Shown: one piece after another, positions 52,812-64,000 of the stretch
Position numbering within the stretch: position 1 is the stretch's first letter
Layout of the letters: every line of letters begins with the position of its first letter
Assembly: GCF_006345805.1 (NCBI RefSeq)
Contig: NC_043006.1
Location: 76,570,001 to 76,634,000, forward strand
Direction: 5' to 3'
Source: Octopus sinensis
Lineage: Eukaryota
Length of the DNA: 64,000 nt
Notes under the pieces: model-generated
What the model saw: the letters and a program-made list of their open reading frames with translations, nothing else
Database searches by the model: none
Told to the model about the DNA's origin: nothing
Position numbers and translations under genes: made by a program

Positions 52812-54542
52812 TGAACACCCTGAGAAAATATTGTCCTGTAATTAGGTGATATATTAAAATCAAATACACATGTAATCATAAGTTGAACAATTGAATTGAT
52901 TTTTTTTTTGACATAATCTGTGATTTTGTTCCTTTGAATTTTATCTCGATGCTTACTTGTTTGATGAATATTGTGTGCATCCTGACACTTTAAGTGAGTT
53001 GATTTTGGAACATAAACATGCACCAGTTTCTCTTAATTTCTACCCAGACGGGAATGAGATAAATTACGTGCAGCTAGAAGAGACTTCAGGTCATCCACCT
53101 CTTTCACTTGCATTTAATTGCAAGTTATGTCAATTTTCTATATCAAAGTGAGCTCATAAATTCAGGAAAGTTGTAATCATCGCAGTCAAAATATTCGTAA
53201 ATATATAAATGTATTTGCACATGCATGCGTATGTGTGTTCATGGAGATGGAGAGAGATCTCTCGATGGAGAGAGACAGAGAGAGAGAGACATACACACAG
53301 AAACAGAGAGAAAGAGAGAGAAAGAGAGAGGGAATATGTGCGTATGTATGCATTATAAAGCTAATAGGAATATGCGTTCATTTGATAGCAGAGATCATAT
53401 ATAAATCAAAAGCGTTACTAATTGCCCAATTCGTTGAAATAATTCGTTGAAATATTCGTTGAAATAATTGCCTTGAAATATTCGCTCCAATTTTTGAGCT
53501 CTCGGTTGAAGTTCTGTCTTTATCTACTCAGCCTTTCCGACATTTCTGGGTCGGTAATAAAATACCAGTCAAGGACCGAGGCAGATTATTCTCACCCCTG
53601 CACCCCGCCCCACACACACACACACTCTCTCTCTCTCTCTCTGAATCAGTTTTGGTGGATATGAATATTTTCATGGAGAACCACTCACAGTGGTCCATTC
53701 ACTAGGAGATGAAAAGCAGTTGAATGAGGCCTGCCAACCTTTTACCATTGATATGCTACAGGTTGTGCAATGCAGCATGAAACAGAAATAAAGAAAACGA
53801 TAAAGCAAGCTGAGCACTATTTAGAAATTTAGAGGCTGTTTTAAAACAGATTTAAATGTTTTAGAGTGAAAGCAGATGTACTACTTTAGCGTGTCATAAT
53901 TTTGCGAACTTTTAATGAAACACGATTTTTAGAAAGTGTCGAACAGGAGAAATATGTATTATGCTCTATGAATTGGTCAAAGTTTAACCAATTTCTTTTT
54001 CCAGTTCGTGGATATGAGTATTCATGCATTCTTGAAGTTAGGGAAACTGACTTTAGTTATAATGTTATAAATGCGATTGTATTACTCATGACATAGCAGG
54101 AACTCGTAAAATGAATACATGACCAAATATTTTATTATTTTGAATGCCTGCAATTTATAATCGTTACTGGGAGAATAATTCTTTAGTGTGTTATAGTTTT
54201 AATGAGTTCATATTCAAGCTGCACCAAGGTGAAATGTTAACAGAAGGAATATTTTGTCACAGTCTTCTGTTTCTAAAAGACACCTGGGGTGTAAAAGATG
54301 TGAACTTGCTACAACAGAGAATCAAATTCGATCTATGGTCCCAATTAAATTCATCCGTATATAGGTCTATTAGGAAATACATCAAACATATGGATATTAA
54401 AATTAGTAAGCCGCAGGTCGGATAAAATGCATAGCAGCTTTTCATCCGAATTTTTACTTCAAACTACTGACGAGATCTTAACCTTTTATTCTTTCGGTGT
54501 CAATAAAATAAGCACCAGTAGAGCGCTGGCATCAATATAATC

Positions 54543-54775
54543 AGGGCGGCGAGCTGGCAGAAACGTTAGCCCGCCGGGCGAAATGCGTAGCCGTATTTCG
54601 TCTGCCGTTACGTTCTGAGTTCAAATTCCGCCGAGGCCGACTTTGCTTTTCATCCTTTCGGGGTCGATAAATTAAGTGCCAGTTACGTACTGGGGTCGAT
54701 ATATTCGACTTAATCCGTTTGTCTGTCCTTCTTTGTCCTTTCTGTGTTTAGCCCCTTCTGGGTAGTAAAGAAATA
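54543..54775 (+). mobile_element. young SINE A with a 15-bp TSD, inserted into an older SINE A-like copy
   Basis: ggcatcaatataatc at 54528-54542 and 54776-54790. Confidence 0.95.
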
Positions 54776-54908
54776 GGCATCAATATAATCGACGTCTCCC
54801 CTCCCATGAACATTGTTGGCCTTTTTTCGAATAGTGGTATTACCAGGATATCCATAAATACAAAGATTAAAACAGACAAAATATGTTTCATAATACTCTA
54901 CGTTCAAG

Positions 54909-55022
54909 CAAATATTTTCTGCCACAAACATGTAGACGACGCTTTTCGTAAATGCTTCGGTAATGTCAGATATGGAGACACAGGCAGCAAGAAATGCGTC
55001 ATGTGTTCAGAGTTGCCATGTG
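54909..55022 (+). CDS. possible internal exon, product unknown
   Basis: Strong donor G|GTGAGT at 55023 and locally higher GC. Two open readings: ANIFCHKHVDDAFRKCFGNVRYGDTGSKKCVMCSELPC or TTLFVNASVMSDMETQAARNASCVQSCHV. Confidence 0.3.
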
Positions 55023-55367
55023 GTGAGTGGAAATGTAGGCAACATGGTGGATTAGCCTAATTACAGGCATTAAAATGAAATTGGGAATATAATGGAATAT
55101 CAAACCGCGATGGCTCTAGATCCATTACACGTTGAACCACTCGCTGATTAAACCATAATTTAATGTCCTTTTATCTTTAGATGATTTTTTATAAAATCGA
55201 CACAAACAATTCACAAGATAACGGAAAAAATAATGATAACGCACAATACTGTAGCCATGAAAAGCAACGTAAATCAGGACAACCGAGACTATAAAGAAAA
55301 GAAATTCATTTTCAAATGACTCCATCGTCTGCTTTTGGTTTGAAAATGATAACAGAAAACAAGTTTA

Positions 55368-55870
55368 ATTTATATTTATAAAGCTCTTTGCCTGTGTGTC
55401 TGTTCTCTATGTATTCTCAAACGGCTCGACCAAATCAAATCAAATTTTACACGATAAAAGTATAACACCCTGTGAATGTCAACATGTATTTTTTTGGTTT
55501 TCTTTTGGGTTAAAACAATATAACGCTCGCATTGGTTAGACATTACGAGTCAAATGTGAAAGTATAAGATCTATATTGTACTGCGATATAATATTGTTTC
55601 ACTTTCATTCTTTCACATTTGATTCTAATATGGTAAGCCTATGTTGTTTCATTTTTATTCTTTCACCTTTAATTCCAATGTGATAACGAAGTGAGACTTT
55701 CCTAAGATCAGCAAATGCATGCCGCGGCACGTCAGATGGAGTCTCAACAGAGAAGGGAGATGAGACTTTCTCAAAATCAGCAAAGGAATCCTGCTGCACG
55801 TCTGATGGAGTCTCATGACTAAAAGGAGTTGAAACTTGCCCAAGAAAGGCATGCTACAGCCCTTCGTGCT
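55368..55870 (+). mobile_element. Helitron/DINE-like 5' fragment with a 69-bp coding-type tandem repeat
   Basis: ggctcgaccaaatcaaatcaaattttacac core. Repeats at ~55692 and ~55761 translate RLSQNQQRNPAARLMESHD-type units resembling Helitron N-terminal repeats. Confidence 0.55.
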
Positions 55871-56310
55871 GAATTATTAAAACAACATTTTAATGATTAG
55901 ACAGAGGTCCAATAGAACAGCTATCTAAAACAGACTACGTAAAAATTTGTTCTTCATAACTCCTAGTTCTGCTTTCAGATATGATCCTTCATATTCTTAT
56001 AAAAAAGATAATTTTGTCCAAATTGGTGTTCTAAATGGAAATTGTCACTTCTGCAAAGCTTTAAAATTTCTGTATGAAACTAATGTGCTGTTCCAGCGGT
56101 AAAATAAGGTTGCCAGCACTACCAATTACTCCTCAATATCTTATGGATCTTCTGGAAGGAATTTACATTAAGATTTTCTGAACAATATCAGACAATACAA
56201 CTCTGCACGTCAAATGACATTGACTTGTGCATCTAAGGAGATAATTGAACATGGATATTCACCGATGTTCAAATTTCAAAGGCAAGTCAATCACTTCATT
56301 GCTTCCCTCA

Positions 56311-56466
56311 GGAGTGGCTGTGTGGTAAGTAGCATGCTTACGAACCAAATGGTTCCGGGTTCTGTCCGACTGCCTCGCAACTTGGGCAAGTGTCTTCTAC
56401 TATAGTCTCGGGCCGACTTGTGAGTGGATTTGGTAGACGAAAACTGAGTGAAAGAAGCCCGGCGTA

Positions 56467-56509
<43 letters not shown>

Positions 56510-56729
56510 GTGTCCATGTTTGTGTGTCTGTGTTTGTCCCCCCAAGATCGCTTAACAACCGATGGTGGTGTGTTTACGTCCTCGTAACTTAGCGGTTCGG
56601 CAAAAGATACCGATAAAATAACTAGTAGGCTTCCAAAGAATAAGTTGTGGGGGCTATTTGCTCGACTAAATGCGGTACTCCAGCATGGCAGCAGTCAAAT
56701 GACTGAAACAAGTAAAAGAGTAAAAGAGT
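56311..56729 (+). mobile_element. SINE family B, full length
   Basis: Complete head, core and (gtaaaaga)n tail. Confidence 0.9.
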
Positions 56730-57022
56730 GACGTAGGACAGCAAACCCCAAAGGGGTGTCAAGACGTCAGACGATTGGTCGTGTTACAAGCAGCGCCGAC
56801 CGCAAGCAAATGAGACTATGTCCATTGACAAAATTTACATAGAGCCTACACTCAATTTTTCCGGACAGGTTAGGGGCTGGAACACTCCGAACAGACGCAT
56901 GATATGCCGTTTTGTCGATTTATCCCATCATTTACTCCACAAATAACTTGTCGTCGATGGTGCATTTTCCCGTATTACCTGTTTCAAAATAACTGTAGTA
57001 TATATATATATATATATATATA

Positions 57023-57180
57023 GGGGAGAATTCACAAAAAGAAAGGACGAAGACAGGTGGTGTAGTCAACAATCAGATGTATTAGTATAACGCTCTTGGA
57101 AGTGAAAAAGTCTTTAACGTTTCGAGACTACGTTCTTCCACAGAAAGGAACACAGAAAGAAACAAGGAGAGAACAAACTA
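57023..57180 (-). mobile_element. (TA)n-flanked short element (family F) with a degenerate hammerhead-like motif
   Basis: Minus strand ccttt-CTGTGGA-agaacgtagtctc-GAAACGT-T-aaag; homologous to 5830-5868. Confidence 0.5.
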
Positions 57181-57967
57181 TGCCATTTCAATCCTGAGCA
57201 ACACCGGGTATCTCTGGTGGTCGTTTATTAAATTATGAAAGAAATTCATATCCATAAATAAATTAACTCCTTAATATACACGGATGTTTTCATCTTTATA
57301 TCATAGATAGCTTGTATCAAAAATATATTAACTGCATTTATCTTTATTGGCAGCGACAGAGATAATTGATTCGCTGAAGGACATCTGTAAATATTGATTA
57401 TTGATATAAAAGAGAAGGTCACTTAGATGTTTATCAAGGATTGCCATAAGTGAATTGAAGTAAAATAAAATGACTAAACTACAGAAATGAACCATTATCA
57501 GGAACTCTGACAATTGATATAGTTTATTCAGTACAATAAACTTCTGAAACAAAGGTATCCAGAATTACGGATTACCTGAGCTAAAGGCATTCTTGAAAAT
57601 TGTCGTACTATCAGCTTGATTGTTTCCGTCCGTTTCCGTAATTAAGAAAAATCTAATTTCAGTATTGTCGTCTTATTTTGTTTATTACGTAAAGAGAATG
57701 AGCTGAATAAGAAATACAGACTAAATTTAATAAATACAAAATTATTTGCATCAGTAATAAACTAAAGGAGTCTCTGTCGATTTTTTTTTGTATGCGTATT
57801 CAGTTGTACAATCAACAGACACATAATTCTCAGACAGAATCAGCGTGACACAGTGTGTGACAAGGCTGTACCATTTAATTGCGGGTTTCCAAACAGCTTT
57901 CGACAACCAGTTCCACTGATAAGCATTCAGTAAAACGGGATCTACATATACTTTCTCAAAACTCAAT

Positions 57968-58281
57968 GTGGAATCACATGGCCTAGTGGTTAGAGCAGCG
58001 GACTCACGTTCGAGGGATCGCGGGTTCGAACCTCAGACCGGAGGATGTGTGTGTTTATGAGCGAAACACCTAAGCTCCACGCTGCTCCAGCAGAAAGTAA
58101 TGGCGAGAGTACTGCTGACTCTTTCGCCACAAATTTCTCTCACTCTTTCCTCAAGCATCTTGCAGCTCACCTGCGATGGACCGGTGTGCCGTCCAGGTGG
58201 GGAATCTATACGCCAAGAAATCGGGAAACCGGCCCTTATGAGCCAGGCATGGCTCGAGAAGGAACAAACAAACAACAAAAA
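57968..58281 (+). mobile_element. SINE with C-like head, V-domain-like core and (AAC)n tail
   Basis: tggcctagtggttagagcagcgg...gggttcgaacc; cctgcgatggaccggtgtgccgtccaggtg; ggctcgagaaggaac(aaac)n. Confidence 0.8.
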
Positions 58282-58651
58282 CTCAATGCAATGAGATCTA
58301 ACTCTGTAACTCATAATTGTAGATCCAAATTCTTAAGTCTTCAGTTGCACTTTCACCACTAATTATAAATGTTTTACTGTATCCATTTATTTATTAAAAA
58401 AATACACACAACTTTCCTAACTCAGAAAATTCACAGTAACAGCATATCATATCCCTAATGTTGCCTTTATTTGTGAAAATTACTTGGTAAACGTATTTTC
58501 ATAATTTTGGTTAAAAAGACAAAAACATCATCTAATTCATACATTCTGAAATATTTCAACCATGTATATTCTTTTAAATGAGTCATGTAGGCACCGCCAT
58601 GAAAAGTTTAGAACAGAGTAAGTACCTGATTTTTCAGTCAGTATCTGTTAT

Positions 58652-58972
58652 CTTGGCAATCCGTCGGTTGCAACGACGCGGGCTCCTGTTGATCTGATCA
58701 ATAGAACAACCTGTATGTGAAATTAATGTGCAAGTGGCTAAGCACTCCAGAAACACTTGTACCCTTAACGTAGTTCTCAGGTAGATTGAGCTTAACACAG
58801 TGTGTAATAAGGCTGGCTTTTTGAAACGCAGGTACAACTAATCTTTTGCTAGCTGAGTGGACTGGATCAACGTGAAATGAAGTATCAAGCTTAAAAAAAA
58901 CAACGCGAGGCCTGGAATTGAACTCATGACCTTTCGATCGTAAGTCGAATGCCCTAACCACTAATCCACGTG
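58652..58972 (-). mobile_element. SINE with family C tail but a different tRNA head and core
   Basis: Tail aligns to 25368-25560; head gtggattagtggttagggcattcgac...gagttcaattcc. Confidence 0.8.
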
Positions 58973-58984
58973 CATTTAGTTAGG

Positions 58985-59272
58985 TTCTGTACTCTATCGG
59001 CCTATTCCTTTTACTGAATCGCTAAATTATGATGCAGTAAACAAACCAACTCAACACCACTTATCAAGAAGAGAACAAACACAAAGATACCCCACCACAC
59101 ATACAAACGCGTGCATACACATCAATGGTTTAGATGCAGATTTCATTCACGAAATTCAGTCATCGGAGTTTGGTAGATCCATACAAAAAGAAGACGTATA
59201 TTCATGTTGCTGCGCAGTGGGACTAAAATCAATTGTAGGTGCCTGCAAAATGGTCTTCTTAACGACACAGCT
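58985..59272 (-). mobile_element. very old SINE B-like copy
   Basis: tactctatcggcctattccttttactgaatcgctaaattat and gcgcagtgggactaaa segments. Confidence 0.5.
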
Positions 59273-60052
59273 AGCTTAGCAGAGATGCTTAGAAACCGTC
59301 AATTGGCCCATACTAGTATTCAAATATGTAAGACTGATTTCTCATATTCTATCAAATATAAAGATCAGGAGACGAGCGAATAATTTATATTTATACCAAT
59401 TTCAATACTTTGTTTTATCAACCCCGGATTAGTCAAAGGCAAAAAATGATCTAGCTGCGTTTGAACTCAGAACGGAAGCCATGTAAGAAAATAAATTAAG
59501 GAGATTTTGATCTACGTTCGAAATAAACTGTGATCATTAAATATGCAAGCATAGAGTCTATCTACACGAATTTTCATAAACTGTTGGTTTACACTCGATC
59601 AACTCTGAATTTGCATGCCTTCCAGTCTCTACCACCTCGTCTTTTTTTCGCATATCATGTTTATAATACTAAATTATCTTATATATTTTTTATTATAATT
59701 CATAAGACGACAGGCGAAACATTTTGGGAGATTTGACTACTATTTTAACTTGTCTAGCGACTTTATGTTCCTCCTTATGTCCGTTTAAAATGTACAATAT
59801 GACGTTATTTGAAACTTGACGGAGGAAATCTATGATTAAAAGTATTCCAGTTAAGGCCATTTAGTTCTTTTTTATTTTATTTCAGGCAATATCTATCAAA
59901 TATTATATAACCCAAGGCAGTTTTGGATATATTTTGTAAAGCAGTACAAATATGAAAAATATGCTACTGCTATTTCTAGCCGGTTAGTCCAGCAACGACT
60001 TAGATGTAAAGGTGAAATTGTACATTGCATAATACTTGTAATTCCAATGGCT

Positions 60053-60198
60053 TTAGTAGCGTAAATGTCGGGAAATATCATCAATCACATTCGGAACCTG
60101 CATCAAAGCCCCATCTTGGACTGCGCTTAATGCTACCCTACAGTTCTCACTAGTAAGATGCTTGCTGAATTCTTTCTCTCTTTGTCCATGTACAACAT
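60053..60198 (-). CDS. possible terminal exon (DVVHGQREKEFSKHLTSENCRVALSAVQDGALMQVPNVIDDISRHLRY*), product unknown
   Basis: Acceptor ctttaatagtttag| followed by 48 codons to TAA; protein-like composition; a neighbouring 66-codon open frame at 60226-60426. Confidence 0.3.
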
Positions 60199-61239
60199 CT
60201 AAACTATTAAAGTATATTATTTATATCATAATGAATTTTCAACTATAATACTTCCATAACACTGATTGCCCTTTAGGGTTTTGATCACGTCAAAAGAAGC
60301 GATTTTCTCTTCGACATTTACAAGGAATTTCCAAACTGATATTGTTAAAATATCTAATGCTTTCTTTAGAGCAATTCTACCTTTGACATTATGACTTTGA
60401 CACAACTTCTGACAATCGGTTTCCAGTCACTATGCATTTAGGTATAAATGCGTCAAAATTTTAAATAAGAATAGTCTTATCAAACTTTTAAACTGGAGTT
60501 ACATAATTGATTGTCTACTTCTGTGATCCTGAACTATTAGCTGATATTTACAGAAAGGAGAATTTTAAAGGAAATTTTCTCAATGCTATATTTCCATACA
60601 TCACATGGTATTCTTATTGTGCACAGATTCAATTATACATTAATAACTTCTTATTAAAGACAACTTCTATTCCGCTTAATAAAGTTATTAAATTCACATT
60701 TAGTCGAGATGAAAAACTGCAAGTAGGAGATATTGATTATTGACGACTGTATATCTGTTCTTATTTCTATTTCATCTCAATTCCCTTGCTTCAACTAGAA
60801 ATCATTAAGTCATAGATTACTGTTGTACTCTATAAATCTCATCCAACACTCTGTTTTCTGATCTTACGATTAACCATTCGATACCTGAGATACAAAGTTA
60901 TAAAATTAATTATAATCAGATTTCACCATAAATTAGTTATATGTATCACAGACGCCCATTTCAGAAATCACAGTAGCAGAGAAATTTTTGTTTTTACTGC
61001 AATATCATAAATATCTAATTACTCTTCATCGTTACTGAACGTATCATGTACCCTTTACTAACATTCCTAAATTAACATTTTGTCTGTTGCATCCTATTGC
61101 ATTTTTTAGTCAAATATTTTACAGCAGAATCTAGCTTTGCTTTTCAATGCATCAAAATTACCTATGCCACAATATTGAGACATATTTTGGTGTGAAGTGA
61201 AGTATTTGTGTTCACTTGACATCTCAAACTCTTATCTGA

Positions 61240-61548
61240 AAGTTATCTGCAGTTCTTACTAATAGAAGTAATCTCATAGCACAGGAAAGGAGCTGTGGTA
61301 GTTTACTTGATGAGAGACATATAGATGATCTAAAAGAAGACAATAAAACTAATGGCGACATTACAAATGAACAAAAGGCAATCGATGACAGAATAAAGGC
61401 AAGACTACAGGAGAACGATAGCGACATTATTTGCAAACTTAAAAAGGTTGATCGGTGGAAATTGAAACAAGAACGAAAAATGTCAAGGCTGGCTGCTGAC
61501 ATATTTTTCTGCTTTAAGAAAAAAAGATTATATATATATATAAATTAG
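61240..61548 (+). other. 102-codon open frame without a near-start ATG, highly charged (exon or TE relic)
   Basis: KLSAVLTNRSNLIAQERSCGSLLDERHIDDLKEDNKTNGDITNEQKAIDDRIKARLQENDSDIICKLKKVDRWKLKQERKMSRLAADIFF. Confidence 0.3.
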
Positions 61549-61704
61549 AAATAAAACCACTATTAGGCAAATCAAATAGTGAAAAACATAAACCAAAACA
61601 TAAAAATAAAAATAATTAATATAATTTACAAAATATATGAAATATAAAATTTAAAATTTAAATTATTTAAATTTAAAACTATAAATTTATATTTATATTC
61701 ATAT

Positions 61705-61746
<42 letters not shown>

Positions 61747-61819
61747 CAGTAGTTAGCGTGAAAAAACCGCAAGAGACAAAATCCGTAAATTTTTCCACTT
61801 TGAAAATATTTATTTATAT

Positions 61820-61969
61820 TATATTGAGGGTACTACTATTCGTAGATACCATACGCTAAGAGGGACCAATGCGGTCACAACTACTAAAATATTTATAAAA
61901 TGTTTATTTTAGTAGTTTTGACCGCATTGGTCCCTCTTAGCGTATGGTATCTACGAATAGTAGTACCCT

Positions 61970-61976
<7 letters not shown>
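61820..61976. repeat. 157-bp palindrome next to (TA)n (58-bp perfect outer arms plus a 13-bp inner stem)
   Basis: 61820-61877 and 61919-61976 are exact inverted copies; 61879-61891 pairs with 61905-61917; 13-nt loop. Confidence 0.9.
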
Positions 61977-62017
<41 letters not shown>

Positions 62018-63234
62018 TGTTCAGTATCTATGCGTTGAATAATAGTTATCTTTCTACTTGATTTAAAATGTGATTCAATCACAATTACATGTACATACTT
62101 ATTCTACTATTTCTAAAGCTGTAAATTCCAACGCTAGCCTGAGGGTCCCGATTATTCTCCGAAACTACTATATACTTGTGCTATATCAACATAGCTGTTT
62201 TTAAAATGGTACCTTTATTTCAGGCAATATTTATCAAATCTGGATCTGGTTTTCATGACACCAAGGGAGAGTTTGATAAAGAGATTACTTATTAGTCTCG
62301 GGTTTTAACCAGAATGACTCTCAGAAATTTAGGTTGACCAAAGCTGTGTAAATGTTTACAATGGTGACAAATTTAATCCATCGCTGTGTTTACACCATCA
62401 CTTTGGCCATGGTTGCTTTTGGACATCCATCCTTGTCCTCCCGACTTAACTATAAGAAAATACTATTTTTCATTTTAAATCAATGGCTAAAATAGCTGTA
62501 ATCAATGTTGAGACTACATCATGTTAGAGCCGTTTTGTTCTAATAAATATACTTCCCAACTTGAACAGATTCTAAACCGTTTTAAAGCATTTGACGTACC
62601 AGTATTTGTGATCAGAATAAACTACTAAATTTCCATCTCATCAACTTCTTTGTAGTATCATTTTGTTTTGAATTTATAACGACATTTCGCACCTCTTAAT
62701 TCCGGGATGGTTTTTCCGTTAGTTATTTATTTTGCATGAACAGTTTCATATCTTCTAACATCTGAATCCTTCTTTATTCCACAAGTGTTAGCCAGATCTA
62801 AGAAAGTCACGTATAGACAATTATTTCATACACAAATCATTCCAGCTAATATATATTTATATGAATATTTATTCTAGAGCAAGTGATAGATTTCTCGCAC
62901 ATATTCTCAAGCATTCAACGTGAAACTCATCCGGAAATAACTTAATGAAATATAGTTCCACATTACATTTCCCATTTAACGATTTAGCATTTTACCAGGA
63001 TGCCTCTTTTATATTCATTTCAGTATCTCAGCTCTTAATAATGAACATACAGCAATTCGGCTATGAAAAATCTACACCACAGAAGAGCTTCTCTCTGTCA
63101 TACATTGTTTCCACAAAACAATGACATGTGGCAATTAAGTTTCATCAATTGTCCCTATATGTTATACACACAACACATACTAAATCCGACTCCTATCCGA
63201 CACCACTAGGTCCAAGGTGTTGGATAACTGAATT

Positions 63235-63719
63235 GGATCTTTTCGGTTTGAACGGCAGTTTTTAACATAATTTCTAGATAACTAAATAATTTTAAACTTC
63301 GTATACTGGTAGAATGTGTTTATAAAACATCATTTTGTCTTGGCTTTATTGAGAAAATTCTATAGTTTGTATGATATTTGGTCTTTAATTTCTTGCATTT
63401 CGGCAATTTCAACCAATGACCGTCTATTGAGGTGAAAACATTCTGTGCCGTATGAATATGTCCTTCGTTTAAGAAACAGATTGGGTTTATTTACATTTGT
63501 GAAGAAAAGAGATACCACCCCTCCACCCCTAGCCCTAACTCTAATCCTAACTCTAACCCTAACCCTAACCCTAACCCTAACCCTGACCCTAACTAACCCT
63601 AACTAACCCGAAGCCTAAAACAGATCGAAATGCAATAGATCGATACTAGGGTCATAATTATGGGTGACAATTTCATATGACACCGCTAGAAAAAACTGCC
63701 GTTCAAACCGAAAAGATCC
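63235..63719 (+). mobile_element. 485-bp Merlin-type MITE with an internal telomere-like (TAACCC)n tract
   Basis: 29-bp perfect TIR ggatcttttcggtttgaacggcagttttt, GG termini, 8-bp TSD actgaatt (63227-63234 and 63720-63727), (TAACCC)n at 63528-63609. Confidence 0.85.
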
Positions 63720-64000
63720 ACTGAATTTTCCGGTTATCTGGATCAAATTGTTGGGTCCATCTGGGTTCAAAGGACTGGATAACTGAATTATCCGGATATC
63801 TCATCACTACTTTTTAATATATCATATCACCTTGCAAAACTCTGTAAAATATTCCTATGATTTGCCGCTGTAAAATGTTCCGAAGAGTTGAGTTCATAAC
63901 TTGACTATTCCTGGCGTTATGGAAGTCACAAATTGACACTGACTTCGACGGATCGAAACGTAAAGCAATGTACGCTCATTTCAATAAGCAGACGTTTGGT

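Noticed and set aside
60507-60743. ORF with IVYFCDPELLADIYRKE, reminiscent of cytochrome P450 N-terminal regions
   Set aside because: A stop lies immediately upstream, there are no usable splice sites, and no other P450 motifs occur nearby
63528-63609. (TAACCC)n as a chromosome end
   Set aside because: The tract is short, degenerate and internal to a TIR/TSD-bounded element

Overview
This is AT-rich, microsatellite-dense animal genomic DNA, most likely Octopus (inferred from recognisable tRNA-derived SINE families; not verified by search). No host gene can be named with confidence. Most computed ORFs are artefacts of (TA)n/(CA)n/(TCTA)n tracts. Supported content: about 25 copies of three tRNA-headed SINE families; LINE fragments, including a GC-rich 1.3-kb CR1-clade RT plus Tx1/L1, RTE and CR1 3' ends; Tc1/mariner relics (two DD34D-type mariner, one DD37D maT, one Tc1 5' end); MITEs (Merlin-type with an 8-bp TSD carrying TTAGGG repeats, piggyBac-like, Tigger-like, and a 666-bp compound palindrome); Helitron/DINE-like pieces; and a ~350-bp 28S rRNA fragment. 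The most interesting signal is a set of short (TA)n-flanked elements carrying minimal type-I hammerhead-ribozyme motifs of the kind described for Penelope-like elements. One motif is nearly complete (12857-12908, minus strand), and these elements repeatedly occur as ~140-160-bp fold-back palindromes. A few exon-like segments are listed at low confidence. There is no CRISPR array or prokaryotic operon.
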